64,000 nt of DNA from the human T2T-CHM13v2.0 reference genome, Homo sapiens (GCF_009914755.1 NC_060926.1); one strand, 5' to 3'. Numbered from the stretch's first letter, positions 1 through 15,090 are shown. Translations and numbers: made by a program. Notes: generated by a model from the sequence alone, not told the origin.

Positions 1-1195
1 CAGGCATTATAAAATGGCACCCAAAATGTTAGGCTCTGCAAGAACGGTCTAGCTGCCCTTAGCTACAGCGTAAGCCGAAGTACCCAGAGTCAAAACGACC
101 TGAGCTGCTCTGTGGGACATGCCCCAACGAGAACATCATCAGGGCAAGCTCAATGCACATACGCAACTGAATTAAAAACGAGCTCACATGTACTGTCGGG
201 AAGAAGAAAAATAAGCCTTCTAAATTCATTCAGCAGAGAGTAGGACTTGAAAATGGCTTTGCCCAATATTATTATTATCAATAATAATTCAGTATTATGC
301 ATATCATGTCTCCAGATTTCTCAGAATGAGGCCCCACTCATTCAGAATTTGAAATCCATAAGCAGGGTGAAAATATTTCCTCTGGCTATGCTAAGGGAAA
401 CTTGAGGCCCAGACACTTAGACTTGCCATCAGTTCCACTGAGTTGGTAGCTTAACGGCTCTTTGCTCAGAGGTTTTAACCTCTGCTCTGGACCAGACTGA
501 AATGAACAGTAATCGCATATGCTCCTTTCACACGAACCAAAAGCTGAACGTACCCTGAATTACCTCTTTGTTAAATAAGGAGGTTTAAAAAGCATTTGCA
601 GGCATGCATGTCAATTAGGGACAATACATCAATCATCCAGAGCATGCTTCCAAGTTCATTTTATTTCAGTAATAATTTTGTACTAAATTCCATCCGCCTC
701 TACTTTACTTTCAAAATAGGATGAAGACAATTCCCAAATTCTTTAATATACTTGTATAGTGCTTGCTTTTTCAGTTTTATAACCAGCTTTTAAAAAATTG
801 TAGTGCCAATAGAAATTGGCTTCTCCATCAGATAGTCCAAAAGAGATTATTAACATATAGCTCCCTAGAGTTAGCAAGGCATTTACAAGTTGCAAAGCAT
901 TTATCTCATTTGATGCACATAACTCATAATAATAATAATGGTTAACAATTATGTTGTATAATAGATACAATCCTAAACATTACTTGCTGTTTAAACAAAC
1001 TAATCTTTACAAAAACTATAAAATAGGTATGATTTTTATTCCCATTTGTACAAAAAAGAAAATTAAAGCCCAGGAAGGTCCTATTAGTTGTTTAATGCCA
1101 CAGAGGCTAATATTCATAAGCCTTAGTTCCATATTAAAACATTTAGTTTTAGCTTATGTATTAAATAATTGAGCTTCTATTAGATTACCACTTCG

Positions 1196-1369
1196 CTATG
1201 ATGGCAGGGTGTTACTATACTTTTAAAGAAGTCTTTTCCAGAGTGCTTTGTTATTTCCCTGTAATCAGGACCAAATTCCTCTTTTGAACATTAATTTAAC
1301 TGGGTACTTTTCTTAGTATTCATTTTCCTCATATTTCCTGGAACTTTAGTCTGCAGATTAATCTTGAGT
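1196..1369 (-). mobile_element. Ancient L1/HAL1 ORF1-like fragment, copy A of a local duplication
   Basis: Ungapped alignment to 3577-3750. Minus translation LQTKVPGNMRKMNTKKSTQLN*CSKEEFGPDYREITKHSGKDFFKSIV resembles old L1 ORF1 N-termini. Confidence 0.45.
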
Positions 1370-3576
1370 CAGATTAATCAGTGAGTCCTGATTAGTCCTT
1401 TGAGTTAGTTCACATCAGGGAGATTGCACAAATCATTTCTTTGTTAAAATCAAACCACATTCCCTTTTACTGCCAGTTAGTATATAAAATTTTCAGTACC
1501 CTATAGGAAAGTAATCACTTACCTATTGGATGACAAGCATCATCAAAATCTCCTGACTATAAAGGTCCCTGATCACTCAAAAGTACATCCACTGGTGCTT
1601 GTATAGTTAAGTGTGCAGCTGTGAAATGTACGTCAAGGTTCACAGTATCCGAAAGTACTATGTCTCAGAAATGGCTCCACAAGTTTAGTTAAATCCCATT
1701 TATTAACTGGTGTTTCTCTTAACTGCTAAGATCATGAGCAGAAAGTTCATGATTCTGAAGTGAATGAAATGATGTAGGTCAGATCACTCCAACCAAAGTG
1801 AAGTGGAGAGCTGAGGCATGTTAATCAACCAACCAACCTAGATTCTCGCATTCCCTAGATAATAACCTCTCAGGGCTTCCTGTGCTCAGTGTGGGGCAAT
1901 GTACTCTATCTGCACTTGACTTTACTTAAGAACAGGCTTGAGTGAAGGCATCCTACATGTGCAGTGCTTACTGCCAGTTTTTGAAACAGGTATTTACAAT
2001 TCCTTTTGGTTCTCTTCAGTTCAACCACCAGCTCTGCAAGGCTATTGGCAGTGTCATAGAATTGACACAGAAAATCCATCATGGGCTCTGGGGTGTGCGT
2101 GTGTGTGTGTGTGAGTGACAGAGAGAGAAGGAGGCAATAGTAAGTGACAAAAAGTAGATAAGTAACTCAAGAAATATAGGGCTTTCCAAGCATTTAAGAG
2201 CCTTTCATATTTTTATTCTATCTCTTTCCTGTGTCCTTTAGTAAACTGCTACTTAGACCACAGCCATGATTTAGAAATTCAAAAATGTATTCAAAAAATC
2301 CCCAGAAGTCTGAATATATTGTTTTTTTTTTTTTGTTTTTTTTTTTAAGAAATACAGGTTAAAAACTCATCAGAAACAAAATGCCTTTAGCTGAATCAAA
2401 AGTCCCCAAATCAATGTGGATTTTTAAAGCCACATTTTGCCTCTGGGAATTTTTGATGATATCATCTGTTTTCTAGAGTTACTGGGTACCATGGTAAACT
2501 AAAAGGTTTTTTATATATCCTTTGGAGACAATGAAAAATTTTTGAAATAGGATTTTGGGTGTTTCTGTGTTGAGAGAAAGCTTAGTTGCTGAAAAGTTCT
2601 AATGAAGTAGAAGGAAATTTCCTTATAAAAATAGAGAATTTAAAATAAAAGGTGCTATAATATACTAAGATATGATAATATCAGTATAAGAATACCCACT
2701 GCTTTGTATTGGATGAGATTAGTCATCTTACATTTATTGTGATTAATTATTGATATAATTAGATTAATCTCTAAAATTTTAGTTTGAAATGTCTACTAAT
2801 CATGCCTTTTATTTGTGTCTTTTTTTTCCCCATATGTGTTTGATTGGAATAATATGTTTTAAATTCTTTGCTTTTCTCTTCTGCAAGTTTAGAAGCTCAA
2901 TATTTATTTCTCCGCTTAGTTTTAATATGGCTAAATTTATATATTTTTCTTTTTCTTACTTTTAATCTCCTAATTTCTCTGAACTTTGTTCTGTGTGAAT
3001 TCAGTACCATTTTTAATACATTAGTTCTCTCATAAACCAGGTCCAGTGTGAAGGTTATTCCTTAATTTCAGGGGATCTAATTTTCATTTGCATGATTTCT
3101 AATTGGTCGTTAAAAATATCTCTGTGTTCTTTTTTGTTAATATTTTTATGGACACTAATTCATTCTTTACCTCTTGAAAAATCTAAAATAAACTATGTTA
3201 TGGGAGGTCCCAAATATTTGAATGTGGTTATAATGTAATTGGTGACTGACCTCTATCATCTGCCTGTTCTCATCTGAAGGCTGAATAAAATTCTTTTCGC
3301 TCCTGGGAACAGGAGGATGGGGGTGCAGTTTGGAAGTGACCACTTTATGGTCATTTAAGATTTTGTGAATTTAGTGCATGTTACAAAGTTTGTAATAGCA
3401 GTCTGTTTTTTTTTAACTTACTAATATAGCCAATACATGAAAGTATAAACATAAAAAACACTTTTCCTTGTATTCTTTCCACAGAAGCTGGAAGATAGTC
3501 AAAATAAATTTCATTACTCTTAGAATAAAGCAACTTTGCAGTTTAGGTGACTGAACTTTTATGAGAGCACTACGTT

Positions 3577-3750
3577 CTAAGATGGCAGGATTTTACCATG
3601 CTTTTAAAGAAGCCTTTTCCAGATTGCTTTATTATTTCCATGTAATCAGGACCAAGTTCATCTTTGGAACGTTGATCTGACTGGGTACTTTCCTTAGCAT
3701 ATGTTTTCCTCATATGTTCTGGGGTTTTAGACTGTAGACTAATCTGGAGT
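3577..3750 (-). mobile_element. Ancient L1/HAL1 ORF1-like fragment, copy B
   Basis: Paralog of 1196-1369. Open in the same frame (ORF 3570..3797). Confidence 0.45.
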
Positions 3751-4729
3751 TGGAGTCTGTGCCTCCCCACTCTCCACCAACCAGGCGGGCCCATCACATA
3801 CTGATAGGAAATACCTGAAACCCAGGCCAGCAGGCAGCTCGGCCATGGCTGAGAGGCTGTGTTTTAGAAACGAGGCTCTTGGGAATGGGGCAGAACTTTT
3901 TTCAGGCCTTTTCAAGAGCAGTGGAGCTCCATTGCAATCAATACCCCAGTCTGCTTCTAGACGCGCTATTTCTTTCTTCAGTGCTCCTTATGGCTTTGTG
4001 TTGCCGTTTCATTTCTAGTACATGAGATGTGTGTCCTGATTATAGGCATTGTATTTCTTTCTAATTTCTTTTTAAAGATTGTATTTACCTTTACATTTGG
4101 TAAGGGTATTAAAGTTAGAGGGGGAATGTCAAAATGTCAACTAAATAAAATAAAATGTTACTACCTTTAAAAAAATCAGCTAAAATAAGACCATTTTAGC
4201 TGGAAATTTCATTCAAACTCTCTAAGCTTCAGTTTCCCCCATCACAGAGTTTTTGCTAGGCCTAAATGGGATAGCATGTGCTAAAATTCTTCACAAATTG
4301 TTTATGTACTATTTCCTATTTCTGTTAATGTGCTGCTCTATTATGGCCACTTCATCTAGAGTCAGGTAGCTTTAACAGGTCTGGTGAGCAGGTTTGTCAC
4401 TAGCATTTCATTTGCTTTGTAAATGTCTTACAATGACCTTATTCATATCACATATGTAAAGAGAAATGACAAATAAAACAGTTGGCTTAGATGTCAAAAG
4501 TTTCTGTTTTTATCTGACCTTTTATATCATATAGAAAATTTAGATTTTATGTTCAAAACAAGTGTCACTTTTAATAATGTATTGTAATTGGTATTTGTTT
4601 AAAAGTTTTTGACAAAAAGGAAATATTATGATGTTCTTATATGAGTAAGAAGGCAAGTATCTTATTAAAAATCTGGAGGTGATATTATCTATGTGCACAT
4701 TCTTTCTCAAATAGCAATTCCTCTTATAT

Positions 4730-5323
<594 letters not shown>

Positions 5324-5637
5324 GATGAAACTGAATAAAATTAAACCAAAAAAAAAAAAAAACTTTTGAGAGGATTTCCTAATCTGATCTAATTTGATCT
5401 ATTATTCAGTACTTTTATTTTTAGGAAATAGCAAGAGTGAAGAAGGTCATCTCGTACAGCTTCAGGTCAAAGTTATGTATTACCAGCGTAAGTCCAAAGA
5501 TCAACTAGGGATGGAATTAACCCACCAATTTTTATTTTTGAAGACAGCTTAGAGGCAGGAGCACATCCCACTGTTCATGTAAAGAATTACACATTATAAG
5601 GAGAGAAATAGAAATAAAATTGACACACTAGAGAAAG

Positions 5638-5700
5638 GCAAAGAGAGAAAGAGACAGACAGAGATTGAGAGAGAGAGAGAGAGAGAGAGAGCAAGAGCAA
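5638..5700. repeat. (GA)n-rich microsatellite
   Basis: Visible GA run. Confidence 0.85.
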
Positions 5701-6724
5701 GCCTGAAAGAGACCAAGAGAGACTGACTGATTGATTGGTTGATTCAGCAGTTTGACCTGGTATGCCATTTGGGTAAAGCATCTAAGATAATTTTTCAACA
5801 TACATCCTTCTCCAGCTTGCCCATTTTCTTGTAGATTTTTTAACTGAATCCCTTAGTAATTTTTTCTGCTTTGTCAAAAAAAAAATGTGGATAGAACTGT
5901 CTAGCCAAAGAAGCCAATAACTGAAGATATGCCTACTGTTCCAAAAAAAAAAAAAAAGCAAAAAGGAAATGCTGGCCTTGCTGAATATGTTTAAGCTGGC
6001 TGTCCTTTTAGATCTCCACTAACGTAGTTAGGTTAATCATTGATGAAATCATCTAGAAAATTCAATCAAACAAAACCTTGTGTTGACTGAGTTATCCAAG
6101 TAATCCTGGTCTGGGCTATAATTCTATTTATAATTTCATCTGTTCTTCATTATCCCTGCCAACAGAGAAACAGAGGCCACTGTCTGGTTGCCAGCCCCCA
6201 TTCCCTGCCTCTCCAAATCAGTAACTCTCCTGGAAAAACATGAATTCACAGTAATGGCAGAACGGCCCCCTAGGTGTCCCACAACTCCTGCTTGACTGAA
6301 TTTTCAATAACAAAAAGGGCATTAAGGAATATTATACCAATGTGACGACTCACTTTGCGAATGCAGTATTCATACATTTTTATAGTACAGTACATCAAGA
6401 AACTTTTTTAAAAATAAGCTTTATTATCAACCATGTCTGTAGTCTCCTGTATTCTACTCTGTGTATTGTACCAACTATGGGACTAAATGGTTCCTTTCTA
6501 TTTCTTAACAGTTTGAAGGGAGAAACGCTAACCCAGGGGTAGGTATGGAATGAGCTGCCATTCCTTGCAGGACTGAAATAGGGGCCGAGTGATATGCGTA
6601 ACGTGCATCGCATCCTAACTATTGCTCTCTTCCTAGGACAGAACATTCAGTTGATTTCACAGAAGGCAACAAGTTGCAGATAAAGGTGGAGAGGTTCTAG
6701 GCCTTTATAAGATACCATGTAAAC

Positions 6725-7252
6725 ATATATATATAATATATATGTAATATTATATATATATAATATATATGTAATATTATATATATATAATATATATGTA
6801 ATATTATATATATATAATATATATGTAATATTATATATATATAATATATATGTAATATTATATATATATAATATATATGTAATATTATATATATAATATA
6901 TATGTAATATTATATATATATAATATATATGTAATATTATATATATATAATATATAAGGTGGAGAGGTTCCTAGGCCTTTCCAAGATTTCATGTAAATAT
7001 ATATATATACACATACACATATGTGTATATGTACATATATACACCTAAGATGTCATGTAAATATATATACAGATATATATGCATATATGTATGTGTATAT
7101 ACATATGTATATCGTTATATATGTGTATATACATATGTATATCATTATATATGTGTATATACATATGTATATCGTTATATATGTGTATATAGTTATATAT
7201 GTGTATATATGTATATATGTGTATATATAATATGTGTATGTATACATATATA
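6725..7252. repeat. AT-rich minisatellites: 27-bp unit (6725-6955) and 30-bp unit (about 7091-7200)
   Basis: gtaatattatatatatataatatatat repeated about 8 times. atgtgtatatacatatgtatatc(g/a)ttatat repeated about 3 times. Confidence 0.95.
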
Positions 7253-10200
7253 GATTTTTTTTACATGACATCTTGGAAAGGCCTAGAACTATATAGCCCT
7301 GTTACCAACTAGCAACAATCTTTTTGAATGGCTGAACATTTTCTAAACCTTTATTTTTGAATTGTTACAAACTCTTCAGCAATTGTGTAAGGCAGAAAAC
7401 AGCCTCATGGGTTGGGTCGCAGTGGAGACCAATCATCTAGCATTTGGTCCTCAGGTTCTCTGTGCGTAGCCCCCCACATCTTCAGGACCCCCGCTATCCT
7501 GTGTGGGATCTTGAATGAGTAAAGGCTGTCACCCTGACCACATGATGTGTTCGTTTCCTGAACAGATATGGAGAAATACCACACTCCCCAACTAAATACA
7601 TGGTCTGGGTTTCCAAGATCTGAAACAGACTCTCATGGTTAACTAAAAAGTAGACAACTGTGAATTTGAGGATTGGCAACTTCAAAGCTCAAGAGAGTGT
7701 GGTTTAATCTTTTTTTTTTTTTTTTTTCCTGGCTAAGATACAAATCCTCAAGCCAACCCTACTTTGGTGTCCTATGCTCCTGCCTGGTTTTCTTCTTTCT
7801 ACCCATTTCTGGTGCTCCTGGCATCTACTCCTTCCTGGCTTCCATCTGGTTCCCGCTGCTCAATGCCTACTATTTTCTCTAAAATGCAGTGGTCTGCTCC
7901 TCATTTCTCTGATGGCAAATCTTTCATTCTGAAGCAGAGGGTTTATTCCGTCTTCACTGGAAGCTCCTTTGCAAACACTGCCCTTCACTCTGGCTTTGGT
8001 ATCAGACTGGAATGTGAGGGTGAACAAAAAGATTGGGAGTTTTTAATGTTCGGTTCTCATTATACAAAGCATGGTCTACTGATTTCATGATTCTTAAGTT
8101 AAAAATCAGACGCCAAAATTTAAGTAGAAGTAAGGCAAATTCCCATGCTTTCTGTCAAGCTATGTGACCAATTGACAAAGCTGAACCAACAAGCTGAACC
8201 CCTTAATACATGGGTGTAAATTGCAAACATATTTGTGATCTATATGTTGTTCCTGAGTGTTAATTCCTGATGAATCTAGCTTGGAGTCAGAGATACATCC
8301 CAACATATACCTATTTGTCTTTGTAGACAGAACACTTTCCTCTATGAGTTTTCATAACTTGAAACTGCCAAGAGTTTAATGTTAGTTTTCTTTCCCATCT
8401 AGAACACTCACATTAGTAATGGTTCATAAGTGAATAGTCTTGAAATTGATATTAAAGTATATATATATATAAATGTTATATAGATAACATTTTCTAAAGG
8501 GCATCGTACCTATTATAACTGTATGTCCTTGACATTTTGTGGAGAATAATACACATATTAATGTTCATCTGCTGTCAATATAGTCTATAGAGCAGAATAG
8601 ATGAGTCACAGCAAAGACTAGCATAAAATGTGGTGAACACACTGGTGAAGCAGTAGAGGAATAATGAGCTAACCATGAAGCAAAGAGTCTGTTTTCTGCC
8701 AAACTTAACCTAGCAACATATATTTGAAGAGCAACTCTTCCCTATATTTTGTGTATTATGATTGTTCTCTAAAAAAATCATACATTATTATTTGTGAGAA
8801 CAAAAGTGACATTGATTGCTATGACGTATTCTAAAAAATTTCTTCCCTCTGAATAGAGGTAGCTATTTTAAGATTCTAAGGGACAGTTTGTCAATTTAAT
8901 GGCAATCATGAGATGATGCAATTTTCTAAAAATGCGTTGCAAGCAACTCAACACAAGAAGAATGAAACAACACTTGCCACCAGTTAGAACAATCTTCACC
9001 TTCAGAAATCCAATTTCTACACACACTAGAGCATGTCCTCTTAGTAAGAAAAATGGAACTGGTTTAGATTCCCAAGGATGTTGGGTTTCACACACACACA
9101 CACATGCCCTCTCTTACTTCTTGCATTTGTGTGAAAGAAAATTCATAAATGTGATAGAGTGCATATGTGACATAGGATATTGTTTATATACATTGGTTTT
9201 GAGAACATCTGCAAAGATATAACAAATCAGCATTTGGTTTCAGGAGCTACACTTTGGGGGCCAGTTGACAACAATCAAGGGAGTTTGCTAAAGGCAGGAG
9301 GAGCTGGAGAGCTTTGCCTCCTGCAGAACAACCAATGTGAGAGGGACCATCGCTGCCCTGTTTAACAGTATGTCACTTACCAGTGTGTTTCCCTTATCCA
9401 AAACCACATTTCCATGTGCATTATATAATAAATTGAGCCCATGTCCCAAGGACATTTCAGTAAATAATCGGTTCAATTACATAACAAACAAACAAAAAAC
9501 AAACAGAACCCAGTATATTGGGTGTCCATCAGAGAACCTGGCAGGTAACAGACGGTTGGTTAAACAGTGGGAAAATAATCAGTTGACAACTCTGTCATTT
9601 TCACTGAAGCTTAGCAGTCACCTCTGCCTCCACAGCCCAGTCTATGGTTCTACCCACCCAGGAGGCCCATTTATGATTATGTCCCCCTTCAAAACTGCCC
9701 TTAGTGTTTATTTTAACCTAATTTTTATTTGCTAAAAATATGTCATTAAGGAAGTGAGAGAAATGTGGGAAAAAGAGAAATTCAAGGATTTGTCCATGAA
9801 AACCCTGTCCCCTCCAAGGCTGGAGCTTTGTTTTATTTTGTGGGGAACCTTGTACATTGAGTACTTGCAGCAGGTTCCTGTAACGATCACACATATTAGT
9901 GGTTTTTAGCCCTTTTGGATTTGTACTTTGATATCCTAATGCAGTTGGGACAAAAGCTAGAAGAGTCGCAGGTTTTTGTTGTTGTTGTTCTGTTTGCTCC
10001 TTTAATTTCTCCTCTGTCTCTTCTCCAAGACATAACAATTTGAGTGTTGGCATTCTTCAGTATTGTTAAGAAAATGCCTAGAGGTAAATCATCATATCAG
10101 TGTAATTAAGCCAGCACAGTTTTTTGGGGAGGCACTTGGCAGTTTAAATTTCACCATATAACTAAGATGGGACCCATACATTAAAGAATTTAAGTTGTTC

Positions 10201-10424
10201 TGTAAGGTGATAAATATTTTCACTTCAATAAGTTATTTATAATGGACTTCTGGAGAAATTGCTTTTCTATTTAGTAGGTGGCAAAAGAACATAAGTCAAG
10301 TTGGATTCTGTATTCAATAACATTATATTCAATTTTCTTAATTATGTGTTTTCCCCATTGTGCCCTAAAATGCACAATATTCTAATATTCATGCATACAT
10401 ACACACACAAACACACAGTAGCTT

Positions 10425-10605
10425 ACAATATAGCAGGTAAGAGTGTGGGCTCTGGAGCTGGAATCCTAGATCTACCGTTTAAAACTGTGTAATCTTGTCT
10501 TAGACCTACCATTTAAAATTGTGTAATCTTGTCTTACATCTACCATTTAAAATTGTGTGATCTTGAGCAAGTTACTCAACCACTGTGTGCCAGTTTCCCT
10601 TATTG
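10425..10605 (+). mobile_element. MIR containing a 34-bp triplication (10472-10566)
   Basis: ggtaagagtgtgggctctggagc ... tgtgtgatcttgagcaagttactcaacc MIR core. ctaccatttaaaattgtgtaatcttgtctta recurs at 10472, 10506 and 10540. Confidence 0.75.
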
Positions 10606-11277
10606 GATCAAACTGAGCTGCCTGTTCCACTTCCGCAGGTGCCCTTTCACCTATTCCCTGAAGGTTTAGTTTTGCCAGCCAAAATCAATACAATCGGGCT
10701 CCACAACTGGCTCCAAGTCACAAACCTTACCCGTAGCAACTCTGTGACAGTAAAAACAAATCTTCCTTCTCCATCACTCTCCTAACCACACATTTTCACA
10801 CACATGTAGAACTTAACTGTTAATCTAAACTTAAAGTCAACAAGAACAAAAACCTTCTAACATAAACACTATCTACTACCACCAGAATTTGTCCCTGGAA
10901 AAATTCTGATACTGTGAAATTACTATCTGTCTTTCAGGCAGGGTGTTCAATACAAGTCAAATAGAATGCACTGTATAACTCAGTTTGATTTAAACAAAAC
11001 AACATATGCACAACAAATGCCTGGGGCCAGGAAACTGTGTGGCCTAAATAGCTCTTTTGTCCCTAGATTTGGGTAAAAGTTGGTATACATGGAATTTTCT
11101 TAAATGCAGACATCTGTTTGTGTTTATTGTTGTGAATCTCATTATGAGAACTTTGTATGGGACATTTATGTAGTAAGTAATGAAGCCCATAAATTTGATG
11201 ATGGAAAGATACTGTTCCTAATTACCAACATAGTTTGGAGGAGATGCTCATGAAACTTTAAAATGCAACTTAAATAA

Positions 11278-11635
<358 letters not shown>

Positions 11636-11639
11636 TGAC

Positions 11640-13310
11640 ACATTTGCAATATGAATGCAAATCTCCCAAGTATACACAAAATTGTCAGATGGGGAAAAAA
11701 AGTGGCCAATAAACATATAAAACGATGCTCTACTTTCTTTGCTTATAGGGAAATGCAAATTTGAAAAGTGATTTAATACCAATAATACCACCAAACTGGC
11801 AAAAATCAAAAAGTCTGACAAGTTTACTGTCAAGGATGTGGTAGAAAGGAAAATCTTTCATACTGCTTATGAGAGTGGAAAGTGGTATAGTCTCTGCACA
11901 ACAAGCTGGCAGTATTTCTAAAGTTGAAGCAGGGCTCCCCTAGAAAAGTCCATGCACCTGCACACCAAGAGATGGGGAAAAGGCTGTTCTCAGAAGCATC
12001 ATTGATAACAGCAAAAACCAAAAACTAAATGATATGAAAACAACCTAAATGCCCATCCACAGTAATAACTGTTTCAAGAAAGTATCATCACTAGATGCTA
12101 ACATTAATAGCAAAGGTATAAAAAGCAGCGGGGGAATCTCAGAAGATCTCCCACAAGTTAATCACTAGTTACAGAAGGGAACCTAGTAACTTTACAGAGG
12201 AGCAATCTGCAGACACTTTCTTAACTAAGTGACCAATAACGGGACAAACTGACATGTCCCTCCTGATCCGATGTACTAAGGACACCCTATTTCTTCTGTG
12301 ACATTCCCACCAAAAATACGACAGCTTAAATCCAACCATGAGGATGTAAACTGAGGTCCACTCTACAAAGCAACTGACCTGTATTTTTCAACATTTCGAG
12401 GTCAAGAAAGACAGATAATCTATTCTTGATTAAAGAAAACTTAAGAGATAGCACATCTAAATGAAATGGAATCCTTGGATTCTGGACCAGAAAAAAACAA
12501 TAGTGGGTTAATTGTCAAAATCTTAGTAACATTTATGGATTACATAATCTTATCAATACTGATTTCTTGATCTTGGTCATTATATTATAGTTGTGTAAGA
12601 GAATTTCTTTTAGGAAATATATTTTGAAGTAAAGGGGCATCATGTCTAAAATTTATTCACAGATGTTTAAAAAGAAATAGTATTCTTTGTATGTGTAGAG
12701 AGAGAATGAATAATTTTTAAATTTTAAGTATGGCAAAATGTTAACATTTGGGGGATCTGAAGGAAGGGTATATGATATTCTTTGTACTGTATTTTACAAT
12801 TGTTTTACAAATATGAATGCTTTTCAAAATAAGAAAAGAAAATCAGGCAAACATTGAGCACATTTTGATTCATGGCCAGGCATGGTGGCTCATGCCTATA
12901 ATCCCAGCACTTTGGGAGGCCGAGGTGGGCGGATGCCAGGAGTTTGAGACCAGCCTGGCCAACATGGCAAAACCCCATTTCTACTAAAAATACAAAAAAA
13001 AAAAAATTTAGCCGGGCATAGTGGCACATGCCTGTAATCCCAGCTACTCAGGAGGCTGAGGCACAAGAATTGCTTTAACCAGGGAGGTGGAGGTTGCATG
13101 AGCTGAGATCACGCTACTGTGCTCCACTGTGAGCAACCAATGAAACTCTGTTTCAAAAAGAAAAAAAAGAAAAAGAAAAAAAAATCAAAAAAACATTTTG
13201 ATTCATGGTTACCACAGGGAAGGGATGAACTTGGGAAAGGGAGAAGCTGACGGAGGTCTGCAAAGGTATTGGTCATGTGTATTTCATAAAATTAATTTTA
13301 TTTGTATTCT
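11640..13310 (+). mobile_element. Old L1 (L1MC/ME-type) ORF2 end and 3' UTR fragments, interrupted by an Alu
   Basis: gggaaatgcaaatt, ggcaaaaatcaaaaagtctgaca, caacctaaatgcccatc and ggcaaaatgttaacatttggg motifs. Confidence 0.65.
12874..13192 (+). mobile_element. Alu with 14-bp TSD
   Basis: ggccaggcatggtggctc start and A-rich tail. TSD ACATTTTGATTCAT at 12860-12873 and 13193-13206. Confidence 0.95.
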
Positions 13311-14229
13311 TTAAGGAGTAAATAAACGTTCTAGGAACTCATTTATAGAAAAAGTAGAAAACAAGTATTTGCCACATTAAGCAGGTGCCCAGTGCAATGC
13401 AAGCTCTCTGGGCTTTGGTGGAGATCAGGGAAGGATTCTTGAGGAGATATCGAGTGAGAAGAATTCTGAGTAAGAATCGTGAAGGAGTCCTGTAGGCAGG
13501 AGAAAGACCAAATTAAAGGGCTGTGGCTTAAAGGAAGATGTTGCATAAGGGGTACTTGAAGGTGGTCCCTGGGCCTTTGACCCAGGCAGTAAGAGGACAC
13601 TGGAGTTCGAAACTCCTAGATCCAAGGTGTTCCATGCTAGCAATGGGACATTTTAATATGTCTCCATATTTCCCTCAGCAAACTGGATAATTCAGAAAAA
13701 ATCTAATGCACAATCTAATATGACTCACCACAACTAGAAAAAAATATTTAGAAATGGTAGAAATGTTCAACAGCTAAAAATTCCAATGAGAAATGATAGG
13801 TTGTGCATTTTAAAAAATAAAGAAATCATGGGCCTAGAATGCAATTTTCCTCACAATCACATTTCATGAAAGGCAATAATTAAAATGGTTAGTTTTAAAA
13901 AGTCCCTGAACCTGTTACATTTTCTCAGAAGCATTGGACCGAAATGCCTGGGCTCTTGTTTCCAAGGCTAGGTAATATTCAAAGCCCTTCAGTTAAAAAA
14001 AAAGGAGGATAATGCCATACTGCTCCCCTTTTACTACAATATTTGCAATGCATTACCCTTTCAAAATTGACAAGTTATGGTTAGAACATTTTTTAAAAAC
14101 CATACATATGCATATACATCTATCCATCCATCTAACCAAGAATCATTTATGAAGCTATTATAAAACTCTCTGTCTGGAAGCAATGAGATAATAACTAAAT
14201 AATTACAATAAAAATTAATTAAGGTATTC

Positions 14230-15090
14230 AAGAAGTGTTATGGAAATACAGAAGAGGAAGAGACTAAGTCTGCCTGTGGACTCAGAAGAGGGTAACAGAA
14301 GAGGGGCAAATTAGTTGGGTCTTGAAAGGCAAGCAGGAGCCGAACAAGAAGAGAAAAAAGGAAGTGTCCTCTGGGTAGCTGGTGGCACGGGCCTGAGTGG
14401 CATCCTTGGGTAATGCCCAGAAGCTTGAGTGGCTGAAGTGTGGCAAAGGTTGGAGGAAAGAGAATACTAGAAAGTGAAGCTAGATGCCAGAAAGGTAGGC
14501 TGAAACCAAGTGAGATGTAATCCTCTGAGGGCAATAATCAAGAACATTAGCAGCATTCTGGCAGGGCTATATCATGATCAAAGCTGTGTGTTCACAAGAT
14601 GCAGGCAGAATGGAGGGTGGATAGTTGCCTGGGGAGAGACAGGAAGACAACTAGTGAGAAGGCTGGAAGGAAACCACAAGGACATTGCAAAACACTGTCT
14701 GGGGAAGAAATACTGAGTGACTTACATAAATCACTAAGGTCAGGGAGCTGTCTGAAATATTTAGGAGGTAGCCTTGCCAGTACTTGGAGCATGAACTGAT
14801 GTGGAGTGGCCAGGGGTGGAAATAATTGAGCATGGTTTTAGTTTGAGATTTCCTGGATCCACTGAGGTATACAACTCAGGAAATAAGAAAAGCAGATTTA
14901 TGAAGCAAGAAACTGTGTTAGATCTGGATCCTGTTGAGTTTGAAGTAATTGAGGAACTTCAGGACAGAGATATCAATGGGCAGAGCTCAGAGATGTGTGA
15001 AAGGGTGAAATCACCTAGGGGGGGTTTTGTGGGGAAGGCAGAGAGAAGGGGGTCTAAGATTAGATCCCTTGTACATCCTAACATTAAAAG
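14230..15090 (-). mobile_element. Degenerate L2 fragments
   Basis: Purine-rich L2-like tracts (gggtcttgaaagg, gttgagtttgaagt, gagctcagagatg). Confidence 0.45.

Noticed and set aside
9337-10053. 132-aa and 111-aa intronic ORFs
   Set aside because: No recognisable homology or splice-site framing; consistent with chance.
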